From Candidatus Zixiibacteriota bacterium (GTDB lineage: Bacteria; Electryoneota; B3-LCP), in contig QZKQ01000131.1 of NCBI GenBank assembly GCA_003599535.1, positions 22,612 to 86,611 of the forward strand: a DNA stretch of 64,000 nt, read 5' to 3'. Shown in pieces: positions 19,309-27,930 of this stretch. The position numbers and the translations under genes were made by a program. How positions within the stretch are numbered: position 1 is the stretch's first letter; the number at the start of each line of letters is the position of its first letter. The notes beneath the pieces were generated by a model. It was not told the origin of the DNA. It made no database searches and saw nothing but the letters and a program-made list of their open reading frames with translations.

Positions 19309-20339
19309 TGCCAGAGCTACGTCACGATCCCATTCAGAAACGTTGGGTCATCATCGCCACCGAACGGGGCCGGCGTCCGTCCGATTTCGTCAAGTCCGAA
19401 CCGCCGCCCATCAGTGGCTTCTGTCCCTTCGACGAAGGCAACGAGGATAAAACCCCCCCGGAAGTCCTGGCCTTCCGGCGCCCCGGTACGGCGCCCGATA
19501 CACCCGGCTGGGACGTGCGGGTGGTATCCAATAAATTCCCCGCCCTGCGCATCGAAGGCGACCTGGATCGTGCCGCCGATGGCATCTACGACAAAATGAA
19601 CGGCATCGGCGCACACGAGGTGGTGATCGAAACGCCGCAGCACGACCTGAACCTGGCCGACCAACCGGTGGAACAATTCACCAACATCATGCTGGCGGCC
19701 CAGATGCGCCTGACTGACCTGATGCGGGATCTGCGCTTCCGCTACGTGCTGATCTTCCGGAATCACGGCACCACCGCCGGCGCTTCGCTGGCACACCCGC
19801 ACACCCAGATCATTGCCACGCCGGTGACTCCGCGGACGGTTTCCATGGAGCTGGATTCGGCCCGGGAACACTACCATGCCAAGGAACGCTGCCTGTTCTG
19901 CGACATCATCCGCCAGGAGATGAAGCAGGGCATTCGCGTGATCAGCGAAGTGGATGGGATGATCTCCTTCACGCCGTTCGCTTCCCGGTTCCCCTTTGAA
20001 GTGTTCGTCATGCCCATCCAACATTCGCACGATTTTGCCGAATTAAATCAAGATGGCCTGACCGCGCTGTCCAAATGCCTGAAGGATACCCTGCTGCGCC
20101 TGAAACTGGCACTGGATGATCCTCCGTACAACTTCATGCTGCACACCGCCCCCAACACCAGGACGGCGGCCCGTCGTCCGGGGCATTGGCTGACGTTGCC
20201 CTTCGATTACCACTGGCATTTCGAAATCACTCCGCGGTTGGTCAAAGTCGCAGGCTTCGAATGGGGCACGGGCTTCTATATTAACCCCACGCCCCCCGAA
20301 GACGCCGCCCGGTACCTGCGCGAGATTGTCATTCCCTGA
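19308..20339 (+). CDS. galT: Galactose-1-phosphate uridylyltransferase family (HIT superfamily) nucleotidyltransferase; possibly a glucose-1-P/ADP-glucose-specific homolog
   Basis: FRNHGTTAGASLAHPHTQ (HxHxQ nucleotidyl-transfer motif with T in place of G). CPF motif. Start overlaps the previous stop (TAATG). Confidence 0.7.
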   Translation: MPELRHDPIQKRWVIIATERGRRPSDFVKSEPPPISGFCPFDEGNEDKTPPEVLAFRRPGTAPDTPGWDVRVVSNKFPALRIEGDLDRAADGIYDKMNGIGAHEVVIETPQHDLNLADQPVEQFTNIMLAAQMRLTDLMRDLRFRYVLIFRNHGTTAGASLAHPHTQIIATPVTPRTVSMELDSAREHYHAKERCLFCDIIRQEMKQGIRVISEVDGMISFTPFASRFPFEVFVMPIQHSHDFAELNQDGLTALSKCLKDTLLRLKLALDDPPYNFMLHTAPNTRTAARRPGHWLTLPFDYHWHFEITPRLVKVAGFEWGTGFYINPTPPEDAARYLREIVIP

Positions 20340-20355
20340 AACGAGAGAGGGTATT

Positions 20356-20658
20356 ATGTGCACCTGCAGTGTGACGATTATTCCCGTGGGCAAGGGTACT
20401 TCCATGTCTGACGTATTGTCCAAGTCCATCCAGGTCCTGGATGAATTTGAAGACGTGAAGCACCAGATCACGCCCATGTCCACCCAACTGGAAGGCCCCA
20501 CCGAGCGCATCATGCAAGCGATTCAAGCCATGCATGAAGCCGCGTTCGAGAGCGGAGTGGACCGCGTGTACACCACCATCGTGCTGGACGAGCGCCGCGA
20601 CAAGGATCTGTCGCTGGAGGAGAGGGTGGAGCACGTGAAGCAGAAAGTACCGGCTTGA
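20356..20658 (+). CDS. MTH1187/YkoF-family (DUF77) small protein, putative thiamine/ligand-binding
   Basis: MCTCSVTIIPVGKG ... ~100 aa ferredoxin-like fold family. Confidence 0.55.
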   Translation: MCTCSVTIIPVGKGTSMSDVLSKSIQVLDEFEDVKHQITPMSTQLEGPTERIMQAIQAMHEAAFESGVDRVYTTIVLDERRDKDLSLEERVEHVKQKVPA

Positions 20659-20689
20659 TTTCCGGAATCAACCGGCAGGTGGGTGGATT

Positions 20690-22048
20690 TTGGCTAAACC
20701 GGAAAAATTGATCGTGGTCGGGGGCAACGCCGCCGGCATGGCGGCCGCCACCGCCGCGCGACGGCGTCGCCCCGATCTCGATATTACTCTCGTGGAACAA
20801 TCCGGCCGCATTGCGACGGCCAATTGTTCCGCCCCCGCGTACCTGGACGGCCGCATCGTCCAGGTCAGCGCCCTCGAGAACCTCACGCCGCAAAACGCCT
20901 CCGAGCAGTACTCCCTGAACGTCCTGACCGGCCACCAGGCCCTGGAGATCCAGCCCCGAGCGCATCGCTTGGCCGTGCGCAACGCGGCCACCGGTCAGAC
21001 CTTCGATCTTCCTTACGACCGCTTGATTCTGTCCACCGGCGCCCGCCCCATCCGGCCCTCCGTGCCCAACGTTGGCGCGCGGGGCATCCTGGCGCTGCGC
21101 AGCCTGGACGACGCCGAGGAGATCCGCCGCTGGCTGGAAATCCGCCGCCCCTCCACCTTCGTGGTCATCGGTACCGGTACCATCGCCCAGGTGTGCGCCG
21201 AGGCCCTGAAATCCCACGGCCTGGAGATCCACTTCATCGGCCGGGAAGAGGGCTTGATGGAGGACCTGGAGAAGCCCATCTCCGAGTGTCTTATGCAGGC
21301 GCTGCTGGATGCCGGTATCCACGTACATTTCGCGGAGAACATCACCGGCTTTCAAGTGTCGCTTGAAAACGAAGTGGAGGCCGTGGAATTTCCCGGGCAA
21401 ACCCTGCGCTGCCAAGGGGTGCTGATCGCCATGGGGGTGGCGCCCAACACCGATCTGGCTCGCAGCGCCGGATTGCGTCTGGGGGTGCAGGAAACCTTGC
21501 AGGTGGATCGGCGCCTGGGGACTTCGCGGGCGGGAATCTACGCCTGCGGGGATTGCACGCATTCTTTTTTCCGCACCACCAACAAGCCGTTCTACTGGCC
21601 GCTGGCCACGACCGCCAGCCGGCAGGGGCGCCAGGCGGGGGAAATCGCCGCCGGGGCGCGGGGAGAAGATCCCGGTACGCTGGCCACGCGCCTGTGGACC
21701 TGCCTGGGCCTGCAGGTGGCCCGAGTGGGGCTGTCGTCGAAGCTGGCGCGGGACATGGGTGTGAAGCACCGCGTGACTCACGCCAGCGCCGCGTCCAAGC
21801 CGGGCATGTATGGCGGCCATAGCATGGACCTGGCGCTGATCAGCGATCCCGAAACCGGGCGGCTGCTCGGCGCCCAAATCATCGGCAAGGAAGGCGTTCA
21901 CGCGCGCCTGTGCGCGCTGAGCGCGGCAATTTCCGGTAAACTGACGCTGAAGGAGGTGGAAAACCTGGATCTGGGATATTCACCGGAACTGGCCGCCCTG
22001 TGGGATCCAGTGCAGATCGCCGGCCGCCTGGGGAGGAAGCGCCCTTGA
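20690..22048 (+). CDS. FAD-dependent pyridine nucleotide-disulfide oxidoreductase (NADH oxidase / CoA-disulfide reductase family)
   Basis: FAD-binding IVVGGNAAGMAAA. Redox Cys in ATANCSAPAY. NAD-binding VVIGTGTIA. C-terminal dimerisation domain. TTG start is assumed. Confidence 0.75.
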   Translation: MAKPEKLIVVGGNAAGMAAATAARRRRPDLDITLVEQSGRIATANCSAPAYLDGRIVQVSALENLTPQNASEQYSLNVLTGHQALEIQPRAHRLAVRNAATGQTFDLPYDRLILSTGARPIRPSVPNVGARGILALRSLDDAEEIRRWLEIRRPSTFVVIGTGTIAQVCAEALKSHGLEIHFIGREEGLMEDLEKPISECLMQALLDAGIHVHFAENITGFQVSLENEVEAVEFPGQTLRCQGVLIAMGVAPNTDLARSAGLRLGVQETLQVDRRLGTSRAGIYACGDCTHSFFRTTNKPFYWPLATTASRQGRQAGEIAAGARGEDPGTLATRLWTCLGLQVARVGLSSKLARDMGVKHRVTHASAASKPGMYGGHSMDLALISDPETGRLLGAQIIGKEGVHARLCALSAAISGKLTLKEVENLDLGYSPELAALWDPVQIAGRLGRKRP

Positions 22049-22145
22049 GAAGCATCTTCTTTTTGGATGCATAACTTTACATAATATATCTTATGCGACA
22101 TTGCGCGTCCAAGCGCCTGATCCAGCGTTTACGGCCAAATCCACG

Positions 22146-22184
22146 TAAAAACGGCGGAAGAGCTCACGGGGCTCCTTCGCCGTT
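22146..22184 (-). terminator. Rho-independent terminator on the minus strand (distal)
   Basis: Minus-strand AACGGCGAAGGAGCCCCGUGAGCUCUUCCGCCGUU followed by UUUUUACGUGG. Confidence 0.55.
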
Positions 22185-22460
22185 ATGGTACCCTCTACCT
22201 GACCCGCCGCGCAGACCGCCATGAGTTCCCTTGCCCATCCCGGGCAAAGCCTCTGCTGGACGGGATCGTGGTGCAGGGGCAAAGCATTTGACGGGATGAG
22301 ACCTCCACGGCCCGACCGAGCCGCCGAACCCTGCGAAGATCGCTACCGCAAAGCGGCCGGGCAAATGCTTCGTTCTGGATCGGGAGCGGCAGAATAACCC
22401 TGTCCCCTCGCTCAGTGACCCCTTCGGGGATGGCGGGATGGCCCTCCGAACCGACAACCA
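22185..22460 (-). ncRNA. Candidate structured non-coding RNA (~280 nt) between two minus-strand terminators; identity unknown
   Basis: 475-bp gap between convergent genes with no plausible ORF. Bracketed by two minus-strand intrinsic terminators. Dense local hairpins (CCCCGAAGGGG, GCGAUCUUCGC) and internal direct repeats (GACGGGAU x2, GGGCAAAGC x2-3). Confidence 0.3.
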
Positions 22461-22495
22461 TAAAGAAGGCGGAAGCGCCTCGCAGCGCCTCCGCC
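22461..22495 (-). terminator. Rho-independent terminator of the zinc-ribbon membrane protein gene
   Basis: Minus-strand GGCGGAGGCGCUGCGAGGCGCUUCCGCC followed by UUCUUUAUGG, right after the stop codon. Confidence 0.65.
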
Positions 22496-22524
22496 TCTGT
22501 CATGAGTCAGTTCTCAGGGTAAGT

Positions 22525-23301
22525 CTACTTTTGCGGCCACAACTGCGGAACCCAACTAAACAGCCCGTGGAAAAGCTCGAGGATCTCATTCAGCGTGGGG
22601 TTGCTCTTGATCATCCACCACAGGCCGGGGACGTGCATCAGGCCGTAAAACACCCCTGCCGCCACCACGATGGCGATCAGGTAGGCTCCGCTGGCTTTGC
22701 GCCATTCCCGTAGCCGCTTCACCCCCAGGTAGTGGAAATACGTCTGCACCTTGGCGTCCAGAAACTCGCGGTCGTCCACGCGGAAGGCCTGGATACTCCA
22801 GAAGGCCGCCGTGAACAGGGACATGATCAGGGCATAGGCCGGCATGAGTTCCAGGAAGTTCAGCGGTCCCACCACCACCACGGCGGTCAGGAAGCCGGCC
22901 GCCAGGCTTCGGTTGGTGCCCCGGCGGAATTTGCGGATGATCAGCCGGTCGACCCAGTACGGGCCGGGATAGCCGGGGCGGATCTCGGTGTTGATGTTGC
23001 GCACGAGCTGCAGGTGCGCAGCGATGTACAGGATCATCAGGGTGGCGACGAACTTGTGCTGATCCAGGGTCTGGCCCAGAATGCCCTTCCCCAGCAGGTT
23101 CTCCAGGACCGCGAGAAACAGCAGCAAAACGACAAAGGTGAGGAGCCAGAAGAGGAAACCGCGATCGTGTGTGAATCCGGCGACGCGTTGCGACCATTCG
23201 TACAACAGCGAGCGTTTCAGGTCGAGCGGTTCGCCGCAGGAGGGACAGGTTTTGCCCTTGTAGTCGCCCGCGATGTCGCCTTTGCAATTTGGGCACTTCA
23301 T
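22525..23301 (-). CDS. Hypothetical membrane protein with N-terminal zinc-ribbon (CxxC ... CxxC) and about 6 TM helices
   Basis: MKCPNCKGDIAGDYKGKTCPSCGEPL followed by multiple hydrophobic segments. No recognised family. Confidence 0.5.
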   Translation of the reverse strand: MKCPNCKGDIAGDYKGKTCPSCGEPLDLKRSLLYEWSQRVAGFTHDRGFLFWLLTFVVLLLFLAVLENLLGKGILGQTLDQHKFVATLMILYIAAHLQLVRNINTEIRPGYPGPYWVDRLIIRKFRRGTNRSLAAGFLTAVVVVGPLNFLELMPAYALIMSLFTAAFWSIQAFRVDDREFLDAKVQTYFHYLGVKRLREWRKASGAYLIAIVVAAGVFYGLMHVPGLWWMIKSNPTLNEILELFHGLFSWVPQLWPQK

Positions 23302-23444
23302 GTCCTAACGCCCCGAGTGATTTGGTGGGTGTGCCGATTCCTTCCCCCCGGTCCGCGAGGTAAAGGATCCTTTCAGGATTAATTTACGCATTCCGGGCGA
23401 AAATACAAGCAAATTCTGAAGAAATCAGCATTTGGGGACATAAA

Positions 23445-23468
23445 GAAGGGGCGCCACGCGGCGCCCCT
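23445..23468 (-). terminator. Rho-independent terminator of T9SS paralog A
   Basis: aaggggcgccacgcggcgcccctt hairpin followed by a U-rich tract on the minus strand. Confidence 0.6.
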
Positions 23469-23490
23469 TGCGTTTATCGCCTGATAAGGA

Positions 23491-25116
23491 TTACTTCAAC
23501 AGCACCATCTTGTTCTGTAGCATCAGGCCTTCGGCTTCCAGGCGGTAGAGGTACACGCCGGACGCCAAACCTCCGGCATGGAAATCCACCTGGTACGATC
23601 CGGCGTTCAGGGAACCGTCCAGCAAGCGGCGGACTTCGCGGCCGACCAGGTCATAGACCGACAAGCGCACCGGCCCGTTGCGGGTCAGCGCGAAGGTGAT
23701 GGTGGTGGACGGATTGAAGGGATTGGGCGCGTTCTGCTGCAGGGAAAATTCACGCGGCACCACCCCCGGATCCAGGGGCCGCACGCCCAGCGCGCCGGTG
23801 CCTTCCACCCAGAAGTTATCCACGAACATACCGGTGCCGCTGAACTGGTCGGGATCGGCCTGGAACAGGATACGCACCAGCACCGTGCTGCCGATATAGG
23901 GTGTCAGGTCAATGCCGTCCTCCGCCCCCTGCCACGTTTCCGACCATCTCTGGAACGCAACGGGCAGGCTGGAGAAGACGAAGTTCTGCCCGCCCGGCTG
24001 GCCGAAAGGATTGGACCAGTAGTACCAGTTGGCGCCGTTATCCGGGCTGATCTGCACGGTCCAGTAATCCACGTCGGGGAACGGATCCGGGTCGCCCACG
24101 TTGATGGTTCCGGCGTGATAGAAGTCGGCGAAGAAGCTGTCGCTGTCCGCCGAGAAGGTGGTCAGATCAATGGGCGGCGTGACCAAGGCGCTGTAAGCGA
24201 AGGGAGGGTATCCCGGATTGGCCGTATCGGAAAAGGCCATCACCGTGGGCGGGGAGGGCGGCGGGGGAAGCGTGAGCTCCTCCAGGTGCCACGCCGTGCC
24301 CACCACCATACCGGCCCGGGGGATCATGTCCGCCGGTTCCGCCAAGTCGTCGGCGTTATTGGCCAGGTAGGTGGTGGTCCCCTCGCGGATCACGATGTTG
24401 TCCACGAAGAAGCCAATGAAGGCCGAATCGTTGATGGTGGAACCAGCCGGGTCGGAGGCGAAGGCGAACCGGAGCACCACGTTGTTCTGGGTGAAGTTGG
24501 CCAGGCTGGAGTTGCCGTTGACCCACTGCCCGGGGCGTCCGCCGCCGGAGAACCCGGTCCATCCGGGAATGCCCGGGCCCAGGCCGAATTCAAACCCGAA
24601 GCTGTACACGCTGCTGGCCTCGTAGGGCGGCTGATTCACATTCAGCACCTGGAAATTGTTTCCCCCGTCCGTGGAGATCCACACGTTGGCGCCGTCCCAG
24701 GCGTCGTAGCCGGTCGGGAACGGCCCGAGCGGGTCTTCCAGGGCGTAGAACACGTTGAAGGTCAGGTTGGGGTTGGTCGCGCCGGAAAGATCCAGCACCG
24801 GCGAATCAAGATACTGCAACCAATGGTTATCATACCCCTCAATCAGGGTATCCCCAGCCCACCAGGACATGCCTTCAAATGCGTTGAAGGTGGTTTTCTG
24901 CCAGGCGGCGAAGTCGGTCAGGTCCAATCGCTGCCAATTGGGTGCGCCATTTTCAAACGTCTCAAAAAACAGGGTGTCATCCGTAGCCTCCAGACCCGCT
25001 CCCGGGTTCGTTGAGAGCGGGGTTTCCTGGATTTCCCGATCCACCGGCGCAGAATGAACCTGGAATCCCCACACGAGAACCACGGCGAAAAGCGCATAAA
25101 TTCCAAGTCGTCTCAT
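23491..25116 (-). CDS. T9SS-sorted secreted protein, paralog A of a three-gene tandem family (function unknown)
   Basis: Signal peptide MRRLGIYALFAVVLVWGFQVHSA. Family block HWLQYLDSPVLDLSGATNP ... DAWDGANVWISTDGGNNFQVL. C-terminal NAPNPFNPSTTITF ... GVYLYRLEAEGLMLQNKMVLLK T9SS C-terminal domain. Confidence 0.75.
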   Translation of the reverse strand: MRRLGIYALFAVVLVWGFQVHSAPVDREIQETPLSTNPGAGLEATDDTLFFETFENGAPNWQRLDLTDFAAWQKTTFNAFEGMSWWAGDTLIEGYDNHWLQYLDSPVLDLSGATNPNLTFNVFYALEDPLGPFPTGYDAWDGANVWISTDGGNNFQVLNVNQPPYEASSVYSFGFEFGLGPGIPGWTGFSGGGRPGQWVNGNSSLANFTQNNVVLRFAFASDPAGSTINDSAFIGFFVDNIVIREGTTTYLANNADDLAEPADMIPRAGMVVGTAWHLEELTLPPPPSPPTVMAFSDTANPGYPPFAYSALVTPPIDLTTFSADSDSFFADFYHAGTINVGDPDPFPDVDYWTVQISPDNGANWYYWSNPFGQPGGQNFVFSSLPVAFQRWSETWQGAEDGIDLTPYIGSTVLVRILFQADPDQFSGTGMFVDNFWVEGTGALGVRPLDPGVVPREFSLQQNAPNPFNPSTTITFALTRNGPVRLSVYDLVGREVRRLLDGSLNAGSYQVDFHAGGLASGVYLYRLEAEGLMLQNKMVLLK

Positions 25117-25231
25117 CACAATCTCCTTGCATGAATACATCACCATCGAAAAGAACATCCCATTCATACTCACCATAAATTACGAAATTCTCGAGAGGTG
25201 AATTGGCGCAAGCCCCTCTTCCCCACTCCCC

Positions 25232-25277
25232 GGCAGTCCCGGAAAACGCCAGGGGGCGATGCCCGGCATCGCCCCCT
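25232..25277 (-). terminator. Rho-independent terminator of T9SS paralog B
   Basis: agggggcgatgcccggcatcgccccct hairpin (25251-25277) followed by GGCGUUUUCC on the minus strand. Confidence 0.55.
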
Positions 25278-25308
25278 GCAGATGGTGCGGTAAGATTACC
25301 ACGGAATG

Positions 25309-27759
25309 CTACTTCAGCAGGACCATCTTTTCCTGCAGCGACTTGCCGTCGGCTTCCAGGCGGTAGATGTAGACGCCGGAGGCGAGACCCTGGGCTTCGA
25401 ATTCCACCGTGTGCGAACCCGCGGAGTAGTTGCCGCCGGCCAGCACGCGGATCTCACGGCCCGCCAGGTCGAACACCGCCAACCGCGCCATGCCTGCCTT
25501 CTCCAGGGAGAAGGTGATGGAGGTGGTGGGGTTGAACGGGTTGGGGCTGTTCTGATACAGCGCGAACACTTTGGGCGAGGCCGCGCCGGCGCCGGGATTT
25601 TCCACCCCCACGGCCGGCTGGAAGACCGTGCGGATGAAGAAGTCGTAGTCGGACGGACCGAAGTTGCCGCCGAAGTTGGTGAAGAAGTGACCCGCACCGT
25701 GCTCCAGGTCGTCACCGTAAACATGCGGCGTGCCGGCCGTATTCTGCACTTCGAACCACACCCAGAAATCCGTGTTGGCGTTCTGCAGGTAGGTTACGTC
25801 ATTCAGCGGGATTTCCTGCCATGCGGGCGAAACCGTCGTGACGGTGAAGGGGAAGTTGGTCACTTCGGGGCCCGGGGTGGCAGCGGTGCCAGCCTCGTAG
25901 ATGTGCACCTGCATGGAACCGGTGTCGCGGAACAGACCCTTCAGGTGCAGGGCGTCCAGGTTCTCCGTCACACCGTCAGCCGACGGGGTGAAGCGGACGT
26001 AGGGGCCCTGGCCGGTGGTGAAGTTGAAGTAGTAGATGGTGTCCTGCCAGGTGTACTGGCGGTTGTCGTAGCCGAATTCCAGCATATCGGCGGGGGTGAC
26101 TTCCACGAATCCTGCCTTGGAGGTGTCGTTGGCGCGGAATTCGTCGGTGGTCAGGTTGGTGTAGGCATCCAGGAAGTAGGTGCCCACGCCGGACGGGGTC
26201 CAGGTGAAGGTCTTGACCACGCTCTGGCCTGCAGGCACCGAAGCCCACGGCACCAGCGGCTGGCCGGGACCCATGTTGACCCGCCAGAACGCCGGGATCT
26301 GGCTCTCGTCGCTCATGCCCAGGTTGTGGATTTCCACCGAGCAGTCAAAGCTGTCGAAGTACAGCGAGGTGGGCATGGGAACGAGCAGCTTGCGAGCGGC
26401 CACGTCGTGATCCAGGCCGGAGAGATATTCCACCTGGAAGTTGTCCACGAACAGGCCCTGGCCGAAGTGGCTGTCCGAATCCGACTGGAACAGGATGCGG
26501 ACCATCACGTTGTGGCCCAGGTAGGGGGTCAGATCCAGAGCCCCCGAGGTGTTGACCTCGGACCACAGCATGTAGCCGGCCGGTACCTGGGTGAGCACGT
26601 AGTTGGTGCCGCCGGGGGAGCCCCACGGATTGGAGTAGTAGTACCAATTGACGCCGTCATCGGGGCTGACCTGCACGGTCCAGATGTCGTTATCCGGGAA
26701 CGGGTCGGGATCATTCACGTTGATCTGCCCGGCGATGTAGAAGTCCGCTAAAGCGGAACCGGAATCCGGATTGTACGGGGTCAGGTCAATGACCGGGGAA
26801 ATCAGCGAGTTCGACATCAGGGGTACATAACTGTTCATCTCGTTGGCCATCCGCGCGACGTGGGTGGGGGAAGGCGGCGGAGGCAGCGTGGAGGTGGCGA
26901 CGTGCCACAGGTTGCCGGCGACCAAGCCCGAGGTGGGAATCAGGTCACTGGGAGTGGCGACGCCCTGGGCATTGTTCTGCAGGTAGAAGGTGGCGCCATC
27001 GCGGACCGCGATGTTGTCCACGAACATGCCCTTCAGATTGGGGTCGTTGCCGGTGCTGTAGGCCGGGTCGGAGCAGAAGGCAAAGCGGATCTTGACCTGG
27101 GAGCCGATGAAGCTGGACAGGCTGGTGGAAGCGTTCACCCACGTGCCCGGCACGGCGCCGCCGGAGAAGCCGCCCCAGCCGGGGATGTTCGGACCCATGC
27201 CGAATTCGGACCCGAAGCTGTACAGGCTCTGGCAGTTGTAGGCCGGAGTGGTCATGGGCAGCACCTGCCAGGTGGTTCCGCCGTTGGTGGAGATCCAGAC
27301 GTTGCAGCCGTCCCAACCATCATACGGAGCCGTGGCGCCGGCCGGGTCTTCCACGGCATAGAACAGGTTGAAGGACAGGCTGGGATTAGTGGCGCCGGTC
27401 AGGTTCAGAGTGGGGCTGACCAGATACTGCAGCCAATGGTCGGAATAGCCGCCGATGGTGGAATCGCCGGACCACCAGGACAGGCCGCTGCCGCCATGGG
27501 CGTTGAAGTCATCCACGTGCCAGGTATTGATGTCGGTGTGGTCAACCATCTGCCAGCCGGGCGCGCCGGTTTCGAAATTTTCGAACAGCAGAACGACATC
27601 GGCAGCCCCCACGGACGGATCGGGGCTGGAGGGGATCTGAGGATTGTCAACGGCGACGTGCTTCATGCCGGGTGAGCTCAGGATTCCTACTTTGGCCCAG
27701 CCCTGCGATCCCAGCAACAATGCCAGAGCGAGGACAACCCAGATTACTCTTTTGGTCAT
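25309..27759 (-). CDS. T9SS-sorted secreted protein, paralog B
   Basis: Signal peptide. The same family block (HWLQYLVSPTLNLTGATNP ... DGWDGCNVWISTNGGTTWQVL) duplicated within the protein. C-terminal NSPNPFNPTTSITF ... GVYIYRLEADGKSLQEKMVLLK. Confidence 0.75.
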   Translation of the reverse strand: MTKRVIWVVLALALLLGSQGWAKVGILSSPGMKHVAVDNPQIPSSPDPSVGAADVVLLFENFETGAPGWQMVDHTDINTWHVDDFNAHGGSGLSWWSGDSTIGGYSDHWLQYLVSPTLNLTGATNPSLSFNLFYAVEDPAGATAPYDGWDGCNVWISTNGGTTWQVLPMTTPAYNCQSLYSFGSEFGMGPNIPGWGGFSGGAVPGTWVNASTSLSSFIGSQVKIRFAFCSDPAYSTGNDPNLKGMFVDNIAVRDGATFYLQNNAQGVATPSDLIPTSGLVAGNLWHVATSTLPPPPSPTHVARMANEMNSYVPLMSNSLISPVIDLTPYNPDSGSALADFYIAGQINVNDPDPFPDNDIWTVQVSPDDGVNWYYYSNPWGSPGGTNYVLTQVPAGYMLWSEVNTSGALDLTPYLGHNVMVRILFQSDSDSHFGQGLFVDNFQVEYLSGLDHDVAARKLLVPMPTSLYFDSFDCSVEIHNLGMSDESQIPAFWRVNMGPGQPLVPWASVPAGQSVVKTFTWTPSGVGTYFLDAYTNLTTDEFRANDTSKAGFVEVTPADMLEFGYDNRQYTWQDTIYYFNFTTGQGPYVRFTPSADGVTENLDALHLKGLFRDTGSMQVHIYEAGTAATPGPEVTNFPFTVTTVSPAWQEIPLNDVTYLQNANTDFWVWFEVQNTAGTPHVYGDDLEHGAGHFFTNFGGNFGPSDYDFFIRTVFQPAVGVENPGAGAASPKVFALYQNSPNPFNPTTSITFSLEKAGMARLAVFDLAGREIRVLAGGNYSAGSHTVEFEAQGLASGVYIYRLEADGKSLQEKMVLLK

Positions 27760-27930
27760 TGCATTTCTCCTTGCGGTAATGTGTATCGGGGTACTGTGGT
27801 GAGAGAGTGCTATACCGAAGGCGGGAAAAGCTTCCGGAAGTCGCTTTCCTGCTTTAATATAATGAAGGAATTCGGATTTAGCGATAAACTTGGCTCCTTT
27901 TTTTTATCGCACGCGCGATTCTCGCCGAAG

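Noticed and set aside
22140-22500. tmRNA, RNase P RNA or SRP RNA identity for the structured intergenic region
   Set aside because: Conserved cores searched for by eye and not found: RNase P GGAAAGUCCGGGC / ACAGAANCCGGCUUA, tmRNA T-arm GGUUCRANUCC and CCA-end context, SRP GGAAGCAGCCAAGG. Kept only as an unclassified ncRNA candidate.
22164-22503. Small minus-strand ORFs (102, 97, 63 aa) inside the convergent intergenic region
   Set aside because: They run through the terminator hairpins, are Arg/Gly/Pro-rich, and lack start context.
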